A stretch of 47,250 nt of DNA from Cyanobacteria bacterium auto_48_18 (GCA_036170915.1 JAVHQC010000027.1:1-47250); one strand, 5' to 3'. Counted from the first letter of the stretch, positions 1 through 9,436 are shown. The notes: a model not told the origin generated them from the sequence alone. A program made the numbers and translations.

Positions 1-1115
1 GACCAGAAGGTGGCGGTGGATTTAATCGCGGCCCAAGACCTGAAGGCGGCGGTGGTGGTGGATACAACCGCGGCCCAAGACCAGAAGGTGGTGGTGGCGG
101 CGGCGGTGGATATGAACGTCGCCCTAGAGAAGCGGCCGAAATGTCACCAGAGCGTAAAGCTGCCGGCATTGCTCGCAAAGTAAATGAATACTTTGACGAG
201 GCTCCTGTAGAACGCACTCAAACTGTCAGGTATGGCGGCCACGAAGAGTCGGGCCCGGCCGATGTTGACCAGGAAGCCGTTGACGAAGAATTTGTCTATG
301 GTCGCAACGCAGTACTTGCGTTCCTTATAGAAGGAAAAGTTGCGGTCAATAAAATCTATATGGCCAGCGGTCTCGAATCAGATAAACGCATCGACAAAAT
401 AAAAGAGCTGGCGAAAGATAACTCCATTCCTCTATCAACTGTTGAAAAGCGCAAGTTATCCGATTTGATCGGCGATCGTGATAAGCATCAAGGTGTGGTG
501 GCGCAGATTGCTGCCAGTGAATATCTTGATATGTCAGAATTTTTGGACCAATTCGACGCTGAGAAAGCTGCTCTAGAGGCTGAAGGCAAGACTTTAGACG
601 GATACACAGTAGCCATTCTTGATGGTGTGGAAGATCCACACAATATTGGTGCCATTGTCAGATCAGCAGAAGCTGCAGGCGTGAAGGCTGTAATTTTGCC
701 GCAAAGAAGATCGGCCGGATTGACTCGAACTGTGGCTAGAGTTAGTGCTGGAGCCCTTGCCAGCATGCGCATGGTGCGCATCACCAATCTTGTTTCTACT
801 TTAGAGAAACTCAAAGATCGTGGCTTCTGGATCGCGGGTTTAGCAATGGAAGGTGCGCAAGAAGTCTACGAAAGCGATCTCAAGCGGCCCGTAGCTCTTG
901 TGATTGGCGGCGAAGGTGATGGTATAAGTCGCCTGGTGTCTGAACATTGTGACTTCTTGATCAAAATTCCAATGTACGGATCTGTGCAGTCTCTAAATGC
1001 ATCTGTCGCTGCTGGAATTGTTTTTTATGAGGTAGTCAGGCAGAACAAAGGCTCTAAAGTGGTCTCAAAAACCCCACCAGAAGTCAATATTGTTGCTTCC
1101 GGTTCGGCCGACTGA
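1..1115 (+). CDS. rlmB: 23S rRNA (Gm2251) 2'-O-methyltransferase RlmB (TrmH family), 5'-truncated, with Gly/Arg-rich repeat N-terminus
   Basis: SpoU motifs YGRNAV, HQGVVA, EDPHNIGAIVRSA, IPMYGSVQSLNASVA. The frame stays open upstream of ATG141 to the window edge (PEGGGGFNRGPRPEGGGGGGYNRGPRPEG...). Confidence 0.93.
   Translation, partial: PEGGGGFNRGPRPEGGGGGGYNRGPRPEGGGGGGGGYERRPREAAEMSPERKAAGIARKVNEYFDEAPVERTQTVRYGGHEESGPADVDQEAVDEEFVYGRNAVLAFLIEGKVAVNKIYMASGLESDKRIDKIKELAKDNSIPLSTVEKRKLSDLIGDRDKHQGVVAQIAASEYLDMSEFLDQFDAEKAALEAEGKTLDGYTVAILDGVEDPHNIGAIVRSAEAAGVKAVILPQRRSAGLTRTVARVSAGALASMRMVRITNLVSTLEKLKDRGFWIAGLAMEGAQEVYESDLKRPVALVIGGEGDGISRLVSEHCDFLIKIPMYGSVQSLNASVAAGIVFYEVVRQNKGSKVVSKTPPEVNIVASGSAD
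3..113 (+). repeat. Coding tandem repeat, unit about PE-G(4-8)-[FY]NRGPR
   Basis: CGCGGCCCAAGACC recurs at 27 and 69, separated by GGN runs; about three units visible. Confidence 0.85.
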
Positions 1116-1188
1116 TCTGCTTTTTTAAATTTCTGCAGAGTTATTATTAAGTTCGTGTAGCGCAATTGCCCTCAGATCAGGCAATAGT

Positions 1189-1218
1189 TTGACACGACTA
1201 AAAAATACTCTGTAGAAT
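1189..1218 (+). promoter_or_regulatory. sigma70-type promoter of the tRNA-tuf unit
   Basis: TTGACA (1189-1194), 18-bp spacer, TAGAAT (1213-1218), just upstream of tRNA-Thr. Confidence 0.75.
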
Positions 1219-1255
1219 TTAAATCCCCTATCTTTGATAGGCGTTACAGACTCAT

Positions 1256-1327
1256 GCTGGTGTAGCTCAACGGTAGAGCAACGGTTTTGTAAACCGTAGG
1301 TTGCGGGTTCGAATCCCATCACCAGCT
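1256..1327 (+). tRNA. tRNA-Thr(TGT)
   Basis: Acceptor GCTGGTG/CACCAGC; anticodon arm ACGGT-TT-TGT-AA-ACCGT; GGTTCGAATCC T-arm. Confidence 0.95.
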
Positions 1328-1330
1328 AGA

Positions 1331-1413
1331 GGGTGGATGTCCGAGTGGTTAAAGGAGACAGGCTGTAAACTTGTTAGCGAAAGCTTACGCTGGTTCGAAT
1401 CCAGCTCCACCCA
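1331..1413 (+). tRNA. tRNA-Tyr(GTA)
   Basis: Acceptor GGGTGGA/TCCACCC; anticodon arm ACAGG-CT-GTA-AA-CTTGT; long variable arm; GGTTCGAATCC. Confidence 0.95.
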
Positions 1414-1552
1414 AACTTTGATTTCGAGTAAGCAATTGCTCGGAGCAAACAGGAAACCAAGAAGATCAAAATTTTCAAGAGTAAAGAAAATTTTGAGGAA
1501 CCCAGAGAATAGAGAATCACCGTAGATAATAGAATCCTCGCAGACCATGCGT

Positions 1553-1627
1553 GCCCACGTAGCTTAGCGGTAGAGCACCCCCTTGGTAAGGGGGAGGTCA
1601 CGAGTTCGATTCTCGTCGTGGGCTCCA
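1553..1627 (+). tRNA. tRNA-Thr(GGT), encoded CCA
   Basis: Acceptor GCCCACG/CGTGGGC; anticodon arm CCCCC-TT-GGT-AA-GGGGG; ends TCCA. Confidence 0.95.
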
Positions 1628-1746
1628 CTTAAAAAGCGCCAGTTAAACAGACCGTCTGGCACTAAGTCCGAAGTAAGTCACCAAGAACTGATACTCGATT
1701 TAAGTATCAAACGTAGAAGCAGTAAATTGTAAGGAGAGTAGATAGG

Positions 1747-2931
1747 ATGGCCCGTCAAAAGTTTGAACGAAACAAACCAAACGTGAACGTTGGAACGATC
1801 GGGCACGTTGATCATGGCAAAACATCGTTAACCGCCGCTATCACAATGACTTTGGCCAAAACCGGCCAAGCCAAAGCGAAAAAATACGATGAGATCGATG
1901 CTGCTCCCGAAGAGAAAGCTCGTGGTATTACCATTAATACTGCTCACGTTGAATACGAAACCGACAAGCGTCACTACAGTCACGTAGACTGTCCAGGACA
2001 CGCTGACTACATCAAGAACATGATTACTGGTGCTGCTCAAATGGACGGCGCTATCCTCGTAATCTCAGCAAACGATGGCCCTATGCCACAAACTCGCGAG
2101 CACATTCTGCTTGCCCGTCAAGTTGGCGTTCCACACATCGTTGTTTTCTTGAACAAGTGCGACATGGTCGACGATCCAGAATTGATCGAGCTAGTTGAAA
2201 TGGAAGCACGCGAATTGCTTTCCAAATACAACTTCGACGGTGACAACATTCCGATTATTCGTGGCTCTGCCCTCAAGACTCTTGAAGGCGACATGAAGTA
2301 CGAACAAGCCATCCTCGATTTGATGAAAGCTGTTGACGAGCATATCCCAACTCCAGAAAGAGATTTGGACAAACCATTCTTGCTGGCTGTTGAAGACGTG
2401 TTCTCAATCACCGGCCGCGGTACAGTTGCCACTGGTCGTATTGAACGCGGACAAGTTAAAGTCGGCGAAGAAGTAGAAATTGTTGGTCTGCAAGATACAC
2501 GCAAAACAACCGTAACCGGCGTTGAAATGTATCAGAAGACTCTTGATTCCGGTATGGCCGGCGACAACGTTGGTATCCTCCTTAGAGGTATCGACAAGAC
2601 CATGATCGAACGTGGTCAAGTTATCGCTAAACCAGGCAGCATCAAGCCACACACCAAGTTCAAAGCAGAGGTTTACATCCTCTCGAAAGAAGAAGGCGGA
2701 CGTCACACTCCATTCTTCAAAGGCTACAGACCACAGTTCTACATCCGTACAACTGACGTAACCGGCTCCATCGAATTGCCAGAAGGCGTTGAAATGGTTA
2801 TGCCTGGTGACAACGTTGCCATGGACGTGGAATTGATTCAACCAGTAGCCGTTGAGCAAGGTATGAGATTCGCTATTCGCGAAGGCGGTCGTACCGTCGG
2901 CGCTGGTGTAGTTGCTTCCATCATTGCTTAA
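1747..2931 (+). CDS. tuf: Elongation factor Tu
   Basis: [25 protein letters not shown] motifs; 394 aa; AAGGAG RBS. Confidence 0.99.
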   Translation: MARQKFERNKPNVNVGTIGHVDHGKTSLTAAITMTLAKTGQAKAKKYDEIDAAPEEKARGITINTAHVEYETDKRHYSHVDCPGHADYIKNMITGAAQMDGAILVISANDGPMPQTREHILLARQVGVPHIVVFLNKCDMVDDPELIELVEMEARELLSKYNFDGDNIPIIRGSALKTLEGDMKYEQAILDLMKAVDEHIPTPERDLDKPFLLAVEDVFSITGRGTVATGRIERGQVKVGEEVEIVGLQDTRKTTVTGVEMYQKTLDSGMAGDNVGILLRGIDKTMIERGQVIAKPGSIKPHTKFKAEVYILSKEEGGRHTPFFKGYRPQFYIRTTDVTGSIELPEGVEMVMPGDNVAMDVELIQPVAVEQGMRFAIREGGRTVGAGVVASIIA

Positions 2932-2951
2932 TTAGCTGAAAAACAAAATTG

Positions 2952-2989
2952 AAAGAGGGCTGCTGATTCAGTGGCCCTCTTTTACTTTT
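2952..2989 (+). terminator. Intrinsic terminator after tuf
   Basis: AAAGAGGGCTGCTG-ATT-CAGTGGCCCTCTTT hairpin followed by a T-rich tail. Confidence 0.8.
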
Positions 2990-3009
2990 AGAAGGAAGTT
3001 TTGTAGGCG

Positions 3010-3924
3010 ATGGTGATGGCAAAAATTTCAAAACACTTGACCTTACTTATATTGCTAGCCGCAAGCACCAATTTCGCTCTGGCTGCCGACGATCAAAATA
3101 AAGCGATGATGCTTTTAAGTACGGCCGAAAAGATGAAGCGCAAGGATCGTCAGCAGGAAGCTGTGGCCTTTTGTGATCAGGCCATTAAGATCGATCCCAA
3201 GTATAAAGATGCCTATTTGGCAAAGGGTCTCTATCTAATGGAGTTAGGGAAATACAAAGAGTCCATAGCTACATTCAATAAGCTGATTGCTTTAGACAAA
3301 GATTTCGCGCAAGCCTACCTGCACCGCGGGCAGTGCTATGTAAATTTAAAAGAAACTACTCGAGCTCTGAGCGATTTTTCTGATGTGATCAATCGAAACC
3401 CGGCTCACCGACAAGGCCTGCATAATCGTGCCACCATCTATGAAGATATAGGCCAATTAGATAAAGCAGAAAAGGACCTCAATGCGCTAGTCGCTGTAAA
3501 GGGTGCAGCAAGGCCGTCCTCTGCCTATCATATTCGGGCGGGTTTTTATGTTCGACATGGATATTTTGATAAGGCCATCATTGACTACACGAACATAATC
3601 AAATTGAAGCCAACCAGTGACCAGGCCTATAACCAACGTGCAGAGCTTTATCTAAGAACCAGACAACCGGCTTTAGCTCTGGCCGACTATACTCACTTGA
3701 CCAAGTTTAATCCGCGCGATGAAGCTGCTTATGCCGGCCGCGCCAAATGTCAGTTGATAATCAAACGCTACGACCTTGCTCTGCTTGACGCCGACAAAGC
3801 CATTGCTCTAGACCCAGACAACGGAGCGGCCTATCTGGTGCGAGCAAAAGCGCACAGCGCTCTGTCGCATAAAGACCAGGCGGAGAAAGATTTGAAAAAA
3901 GCAAAAGAGTTGGGTTTTCAATAA
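3010..3924 (+). CDS. Secreted TPR-repeat protein
   Basis: Signal peptide ending ALA; repeated 34-aa TPR pattern (AYLAKG, AYLHRG, AYNQRA, AYAGRA, AIALDP). Confidence 0.88.
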   Translation: MVMAKISKHLTLLILLAASTNFALAADDQNKAMMLLSTAEKMKRKDRQQEAVAFCDQAIKIDPKYKDAYLAKGLYLMELGKYKESIATFNKLIALDKDFAQAYLHRGQCYVNLKETTRALSDFSDVINRNPAHRQGLHNRATIYEDIGQLDKAEKDLNALVAVKGAARPSSAYHIRAGFYVRHGYFDKAIIDYTNIIKLKPTSDQAYNQRAELYLRTRQPALALADYTHLTKFNPRDEAAYAGRAKCQLIIKRYDLALLDADKAIALDPDNGAAYLVRAKAHSALSHKDQAEKDLKKAKELGFQ

Positions 3925-3991
3925 AGTTATTACTTTCCACTGTGCACTACATGTGGTGCACCGGATGCTTACCGACTAATTCGCTTGGTGC

Positions 3992-5035
3992 TTAGTGATT
4001 GATTTGCTTGAGCATAAATCTTTCGGCACGACTTTCAGCGCCAGGTGCGGCGGCAATTACTCTGTCAAAAAGTTGTGCTGCCGAAGCTCTATGACCAGTG
4101 CGCAATTCCACCCAGGCTAATTGACGCAGGGTATCAAGATACTGGCTGTCTTTAACTTTCATTTTTTCAAAAATGCCCACGGCAGTTTGCAGATCATTTA
4201 AAGCAGCTGGATCTTGCCCTTTTCGAGCAGCAATACGGCCTTTCAAATCATGATACGTGGCCATAACTGCAGGGCTGCCGAAAGCCACCTGCAGTTTATG
4301 TTTTTCGTTCAAAGCTTGAGCTTTATCTAAGCGGCCAGTTTGAAGATAGAAATAGGCCAGGTGGGTGGAATATTCCAGATTGTTGGGGTCAGCAGCGATC
4401 GCTCTGGCGAAAAGTTCGTCAGCTTCAGCTGTCCGACCTTGCGCACCAACTGCTCGTGCTAATTTGTCGTAGCCGGCTGCCAGCGCAGCTGGTGATGTCT
4501 TTGTGTCCGCCAGTGCCACAGCTAATTCCTGACGATAGCCGGGCTCGTCAGCCAAAGTGGCAAATATGGCGGCTGCCGCCTGGTAGTTTCCTGAAGCTTC
4601 CGCCTTTTTTGCTGCAGCCAACAGATGGTTGCGGGTTTCTAATTTCGACCAGTGCGAAAGACTGGCGTGATTGCTTTGCGTCACTGCCACTTGCTCAACA
4701 ACTTGATTGTGACGCGACTTTTTCACTATGCCTACGATGCTCGTGACGGCGTTAGCGGTCAAAACTAAAGTGATGACTATGCCAAAGGCGATAGCAATGT
4801 GGCGCAAGGGTTTCTGCAAATTTGCATCAGGTGCTCGTTTGCCAAAAGATTTTTTCGATGTGTTGGCTTTGTTCGTTTTCGCAGCTTCTGTCAATCGTTG
4901 CAATGCAGTTCGCTCGCCATTGCCGTCGGTGTCATCAACTTTTTTTGCTGTTTGCATCAAATGCGATGCTGCCGCTTTTTGCTCGGCGTCTTTAAATATG
5001 CGTTTTCCTTTTTTATCGAATCTATATGTAGGCAT
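3992..5035 (-). CDS. Membrane-anchored TPR-like protein
   Basis: Basic N-terminus, one hydrophobic helix (IAIAFGIVITLVLTANAV), TPR-like helices (AIAADPNN, LAYFYLQTGRLDKA). Confidence 0.8.
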   Translation of the reverse strand: MPTYRFDKKGKRIFKDAEQKAAASHLMQTAKKVDDTDGNGERTALQRLTEAAKTNKANTSKKSFGKRAPDANLQKPLRHIAIAFGIVITLVLTANAVTSIVGIVKKSRHNQVVEQVAVTQSNHASLSHWSKLETRNHLLAAAKKAEASGNYQAAAAIFATLADEPGYRQELAVALADTKTSPAALAAGYDKLARAVGAQGRTAEADELFARAIAADPNNLEYSTHLAYFYLQTGRLDKAQALNEKHKLQVAFGSPAVMATYHDLKGRIAARKGQDPAALNDLQTAVGIFEKMKVKDSQYLDTLRQLAWVELRTGHRASAAQLFDRVIAAAPGAESRAERFMLKQINH

Positions 5036-5349
5036 TTGTTTTAATAGCGAATGTTGTCAAGTGGATACATCATATTCTTCCCTCACTTGAAAGCCTCAAA
5101 CGGTCGGAATCTTAAGACATTGTAGAGTTTGCCCAATTGTTCAAATTGAGTGCGGAACTGATGTTGCGGTTGTTTACAGGAGCTAGATGAAATTATTTGG
5201 CCGCTCTCACGTCCTCGAGTGCTCGAAACGCCCATCAGTACCCTGTTCTGTTTGCTGGTGAAGCGGAGAGTGGCAAAAACACGTCAATTGATTGCGAAGC
5301 TGAGATAAATTTACTCTAGCGCCGTCCGGCGTTATCTGTACAATATGTG

Positions 5350-5571
5350 GTTCGTTCGCTGGAACGGTCATCCCGTGCCGTCCGCAATTATAAGAGGCAG
5401 TTAATGCTTCTTGTAGCCCGGGCCGGGAGGATTAGACTGGTGCCGGTTGAGAATCTATTTGATATCAAATCAATATAGATTTTCCCTGCTGATGTCTGAG
5501 GCGACGTGATCGCATTTTGCGATTACTTATCTGTTGATTCTAGTTTTTAAGCTAGGGAGAAATTAGGCAAT
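5350..5571 (+). promoter_or_regulatory. Structured 5' leader of the S10 operon (candidate ribosomal-protein leader)
   Basis: TACAAT -10 at 5339-5344; hairpins at 5389-5415, 5452-5481 and 5506-5526, with G-U pairs on the + strand. Confidence 0.55.
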
Positions 5572-5922
5572 ATGGCAAGCGCCAAAAAACAAAAAGCTGA
5601 TACCGCATCCGCTTCGAAAGTGCAGAGAATCAGAATTCGTCTTAAGTCTTACGACCATCGTTTGCTCGATAAGTCTTCCGAACAAATTGTAGATACTGCC
5701 AAACGCACCGGTGCGACAGTTTGCGGCCCCGTGCCGTTGCCAACCAAAAAACGCGTTTACTGCGTACTGCGTTCACCGCACGTCGACAAAAAATCGCGCG
5801 AGCATTTTGAAATCAGAGTGCACAAAAGACTGATCGATATCAAAGATCCAACTCCAACCACTGCTGACGCGCTTATGCGCCTCGACTTGCCGGCTGGTGT
5901 TGATATCGAAGTCAAACTCTAA
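5572..5922 (+). CDS. rpsJ: 30S ribosomal protein S10
   Basis: [44 protein letters not shown]. Confidence 0.99.
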   Translation: MASAKKQKADTASASKVQRIRIRLKSYDHRLLDKSSEQIVDTAKRTGATVCGPVPLPTKKRVYCVLRSPHVDKKSREHFEIRVHKRLIDIKDPTPTTADALMRLDLPAGVDIEVKL

Positions 5923-5951
5923 GTTTTCTGTCTGTATAAAGGACTAAGGCC

Positions 5952-6590
5952 ATGACACTAGGCGTAATGGGAAGAAAAGTTGGAATGACTCAGGTATTCG
6001 ATGAGAATGGCCTGGCAGTTCCTGTCACTGTAGTTAAGCTGGGCGAAAATATCGTCACTGAGACCAAGACCAAAGAGAAGCATGGTTATGTTGCCGTGCA
6101 AATCGGTGGTTTTGCCATCAAAGACAAAAAGCTCAATAAGCCTGACCTCGGTAATTTCAAAAAGAAATCAATTGCTCCACTTAAACCTATTAAGGAATAC
6201 CGCGTTGATGACGTGTCTTCTTTCACAGTAGGTGAGGCAATCAAAGTTGATGACCTGCTTAAAGCCGGCATGAAAGTTGATGTGCGCGGGCGTTCGATTG
6301 GTAAAGGTTTCCAGGGTTGTATCAAGCGCTACAACCACGGCCGCGGTCCAATGAGCCACGGTTCTAAGTTCCACCGCTCGATGGGTTCCATCGGCGCTGG
6401 TACCACTCCCGGTCGCGTCGTCAGAGGCCTGCACATGCCTGGTCACATGGGCGACGACAATGTTTGCGCACGTCGACTGACAGTAGTCAGAGTCGATACT
6501 GAAAAAGGTTTGGTCCTTGTCAGAGGCTCTGTGCCTGGTGCTGATGGTGGTCTTGTTGTTATTTCAGCATCAATCACCAAATGGAATTAG
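5952..6590 (+). CDS. rplC: 50S ribosomal protein L3
   Basis: GRKVGMTQVF, SIGKGFQG, GPMSHGS, MPGHMG. Confidence 0.99.
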   Translation: MTLGVMGRKVGMTQVFDENGLAVPVTVVKLGENIVTETKTKEKHGYVAVQIGGFAIKDKKLNKPDLGNFKKKSIAPLKPIKEYRVDDVSSFTVGEAIKVDDLLKAGMKVDVRGRSIGKGFQGCIKRYNHGRGPMSHGSKFHRSMGSIGAGTTPGRVVRGLHMPGHMGDDNVCARRLTVVRVDTEKGLVLVRGSVPGADGGLVVISASITKWN

Positions 6591-6617
6591 CTGAGTTATT
6601 AAGAGAGAGAAAGTAAA

Positions 6618-7502
6618 ATGACATCCGCGCAAGTAGTTGATCTCAAAGGCAAGAAACTGAGTGAAGTGCCACTCAGTGACGCAGTCTTTGGTATTAAGCC
6701 GAACATGGGCGTAATTCACAGCGCTCTGATTAGACAGCTCGCTAATGCTAGACAGGGCAGTGCCAACACCAAAACCAGAGCGGAAGTTCGTGGTGGCGGT
6801 CGCAAGCCATGGCGTCAAAAAGGTACTGGCCGCGCCAGAGCCGGCTCTATTCGTTCACCTTTGTGGGCTGGTGGTGGCGTTCCGTTTGGTCCTAAGCCAC
6901 GCGACTATTCCATCACTATGAACAAGAAGATGAGAGTGCTGGCACTCAAATCTGCTCTTGCCGCTAGTGTTGAAAAATTGGTTGTAGTCCAGGACTTCGA
7001 CAATTTTAAAGAAGCCAAAACAAAGTTGTTCAGCCAGGTCATTAAAGACCTTGGTCATGAAGGCAAAAAAGTATTGGTAGTACTCGATTATGCTTGTGAC
7101 GCATGTGCCCGCGTAGAGCGCGCCGCCCGCAACATGGCCGGTTTGAAAGTTATTGCCATGAGCAATTTGAACGTCAAAGATTTGCTCAACTACGAAGTCA
7201 TCCTCACTAATTCCAGAACCCTCGAAGCAATCAACAATCGCTTTGAAGCCAAAGAAAAAGCTGAAGGCGATGCTCCTAAAGGCGCCACTAAAGCTGGTGC
7301 TAAGAAAGAGAAAGTAGAAACTAAGGCAGCTGCTCCTGCTAAATCAGCTGCTAAAGCACCTGAAAAAGCAGAAGCTCCAAAGAAAGCTGCGGCTCCTAAA
7401 AAAGCAGCTCCAGAAGCATCTGCTAAAGACGCTCCTGAAGCCGCCGCGCCTAAGAAAGAAGGGGCTGCCAAAGCTCCTAAGAAAGAGAAGAGCGAAGAAT
7501 AA
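6618..7502 (+). CDS. rplD: 50S ribosomal protein L4 with Ala/Lys-rich C-terminal tail
   Basis: TKTRAEVRGGGRKPWRQKGTGRARAGSIRSP. Confidence 0.99.
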   Translation: MTSAQVVDLKGKKLSEVPLSDAVFGIKPNMGVIHSALIRQLANARQGSANTKTRAEVRGGGRKPWRQKGTGRARAGSIRSPLWAGGGVPFGPKPRDYSITMNKKMRVLALKSALAASVEKLVVVQDFDNFKEAKTKLFSQVIKDLGHEGKKVLVVLDYACDACARVERAARNMAGLKVIAMSNLNVKDLLNYEVILTNSRTLEAINNRFEAKEKAEGDAPKGATKAGAKKEKVETKAAAPAKSAAKAPEKAEAPKKAAAPKKAAPEASAKDAPEAAAPKKEGAAKAPKKEKSEE

Positions 7503-7536
7503 TCCGTACTTATAGATAAGTCTAAGGACCAACGAG

Positions 7537-7842
7537 ATGAACAAACGTCATTCGCAAATCATCATCAGACCAATGATTACTGAGAAGTCTGCCCAACAGA
7601 TGGAACTCGGTCAATACACTTTCGAAGTGATGAAAGACGCCAACAAAGTAGAAATTGCTCAAGCGATTGAGCAAATGCTCAAGGAGCTTTATCCAAAGAG
7701 CAAGAGCGAAGTTCTCGCCGTTAATACAAGTGCTATCCGCGGACGCTTCAGAAGAAGCAAACGCCATGGTCGCGCTCCAAAAGACAGCAAGAAAGCTATT
7801 GTCACCATCGGTGGTGATCCGCTCGAGTTGTTCACTGCCTAA
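7537..7842 (+). CDS. rplW: 50S ribosomal protein L23
   Basis: RPMITEKS, YTFEV, ANKVEI, KKAIVT; operon position. Confidence 0.97.
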   Translation: MNKRHSQIIIRPMITEKSAQQMELGQYTFEVMKDANKVEIAQAIEQMLKELYPKSKSEVLAVNTSAIRGRFRRSKRHGRAPKDSKKAIVTIGGDPLELFTA

Positions 7843-7889
7843 TTTAGGCCGCTGAACTCACAGTTATGGGAATTATTTAGGAACAGAAG

Positions 7890-8720
7890 ATGCCTACCCG
7901 CAAAGTGAATCCAACCTCCGCAGGACGCAGGAATATGTCGTTAGCCGATTATTCGGATGTAACGACTCATACTCCTTTGAAAAGCCTGCTGCGCCCCCTG
8001 AAAAAACATGGTGGCCGCAATAATCAAGGCCGTTTGACCGTCAGACACAAAGGTGGTGGCCACAAACAGGCTTACCGCGTTATTGACTTCAAACGCAACA
8101 AATTTGATATTCCCGGTGTGATCGCCACTATTGAGTACGATCCAAACCGCAATTGCCGCATATGCCTGGTGCATTATGCTGACGGCGACAAGCGTTATAT
8201 CTTGGGACCTCTAGGTATCAAGGTCGGCGAAAAAATCATGGCTGGTCCTGCTGCTGAAATTAAGAACGGCAACGCTCTTCCGCTTCGCGCAATTCCTCTA
8301 GGTACCATGGTTCACAACGTTGAATTGACTCTCGGACGTGGCGGCCAATTAGGTCGTGCTGCCGGCGCGCAAATTCAAGTGTTGGCCAAAGAAGGCAAAT
8401 ATGCCACCCTGCGTTTACCGTCAGGTGAAATGCGCATGGTGCATTTGGAATGCATGGCCACCATTGGTCAGCTAGGCAATACCGACGACAAAAACTTGCG
8501 TCTTGGTAAAGCCGGCCGCACTCGCTGGTTGGGTATCAAGCCCACCAACCGTGGTGTCACCATGAACGCCATTGACCACCCGCATGGTGGTGGTGAAGGT
8601 AAATCGCCAATCGGCGGTAAGCCACAAACACCTTGGGGCAAACCTGCAATGGGTTACAAAACCCGTCGCGGTAAGTCATATACATCTGACAAATTCATCG
8701 TCAAGCGCAGAACAAAGTAA
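7890..8720 (+). CDS. rplB: 50S ribosomal protein L2
   Basis: [22 protein letters not shown]. Confidence 0.99.
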   Translation: MPTRKVNPTSAGRRNMSLADYSDVTTHTPLKSLLRPLKKHGGRNNQGRLTVRHKGGGHKQAYRVIDFKRNKFDIPGVIATIEYDPNRNCRICLVHYADGDKRYILGPLGIKVGEKIMAGPAAEIKNGNALPLRAIPLGTMVHNVELTLGRGGQLGRAAGAQIQVLAKEGKYATLRLPSGEMRMVHLECMATIGQLGNTDDKNLRLGKAGRTRWLGIKPTNRGVTMNAIDHPHGGGEGKSPIGGKPQTPWGKPAMGYKTRRGKSYTSDKFIVKRRTK

Positions 8721-8734
8721 TTTTGGAGGTTTAA

Positions 8735-9016
8735 GTGTCTCGATCGCTTAAAAAGGGACCATTCGTTCATCCCGCCCTTGTAAAAAAGGTCGATGAGATG
8801 AATAAGAAGGGCGACAAACGCGTTATCAAATCTTGGTCGCGTGCTTCGATGATTGTGCCCGAAATGATTGGCCACACAATCGCTATTTATAACGGCCGCA
8901 AGCATGTGCCAGTCTATGTGACTGAACAAATGATCGGTCACCGTCTCGGGGAGTTCGCTCCTACCAGACTCTTCAAAGGTCACGCCGGCGGAGACAAAAC
9001 TGCAAAAAGAGGCTAA
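8735..9016 (+). CDS. rpsS: 30S ribosomal protein S19
   Basis: [29 protein letters not shown] start after GGAGG. Confidence 0.99.
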   Translation: MSRSLKKGPFVHPALVKKVDEMNKKGDKRVIKSWSRASMIVPEMIGHTIAIYNGRKHVPVYVTEQMIGHRLGEFAPTRLFKGHAGGDKTAKRG

Positions 9017-9073
9017 TCAAATTAGTTTTGGGCAGTCAGTAAAAGTAGAAATACTAAGTAAGGATTCGGAACA

Positions 9074-9421
9074 GTGGAAAGCAAAGTTTGCGCAAAATGG
9101 GTCAGGATGTCACCGCGGAAGGTGCGTCGCGTAGTCAATGAGATTCGCGGTAAAGAAGTTGGCGAAGCTAGAGTTATGCTCAAGTTCATGCCTTACACCG
9201 CTGCTCGTGTAGTCGAGAAACTGCTTTATTCAGCCGTTTCCAACCTCACTCATGCTGATAAGCATGCAGTCTCCGATAACGAAGCGGACAAATTCAAAGT
9301 TGTAGAAGCATTCTGCGACGGTGGACCGACTTTAGAACGTTTCCAGCCAAGAGCGAGAGGCCGGGCCTATCCCATCATGAAGCGCTCCAGCCATATCACC
9401 CTGAAACTATCAGATATTTAA
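9074..9421 (+). CDS. rplV: 50S ribosomal protein L22
   Basis: RMSPRKVR, PRARGRA, SHIT. Confidence 0.98.
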   Translation: MESKVCAKWVRMSPRKVRRVVNEIRGKEVGEARVMLKFMPYTAARVVEKLLYSAVSNLTHADKHAVSDNEADKFKVVEAFCDGGPTLERFQPRARGRAYPIMKRSSHITLKLSDI

Positions 9422-9436
9422 GAGAGGACTAAGAAG

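Noticed and set aside
1..113. Direct repeats as a possible CRISPR array
   Set aside because: The units are in-frame Gly-rich coding repeats without unique spacers, and no cas genes are present.
1303..1319. C-A mismatch in the T-stem of tRNA-Thr(TGT) as a sign of a pseudogene
   Set aside because: All other arms are intact and the gene sits in the canonical cluster behind a good promoter.
1125..1628. Four ORFs of 65-93 aa on both strands
   Set aside because: They overlap three clear tRNA genes and are artefacts.
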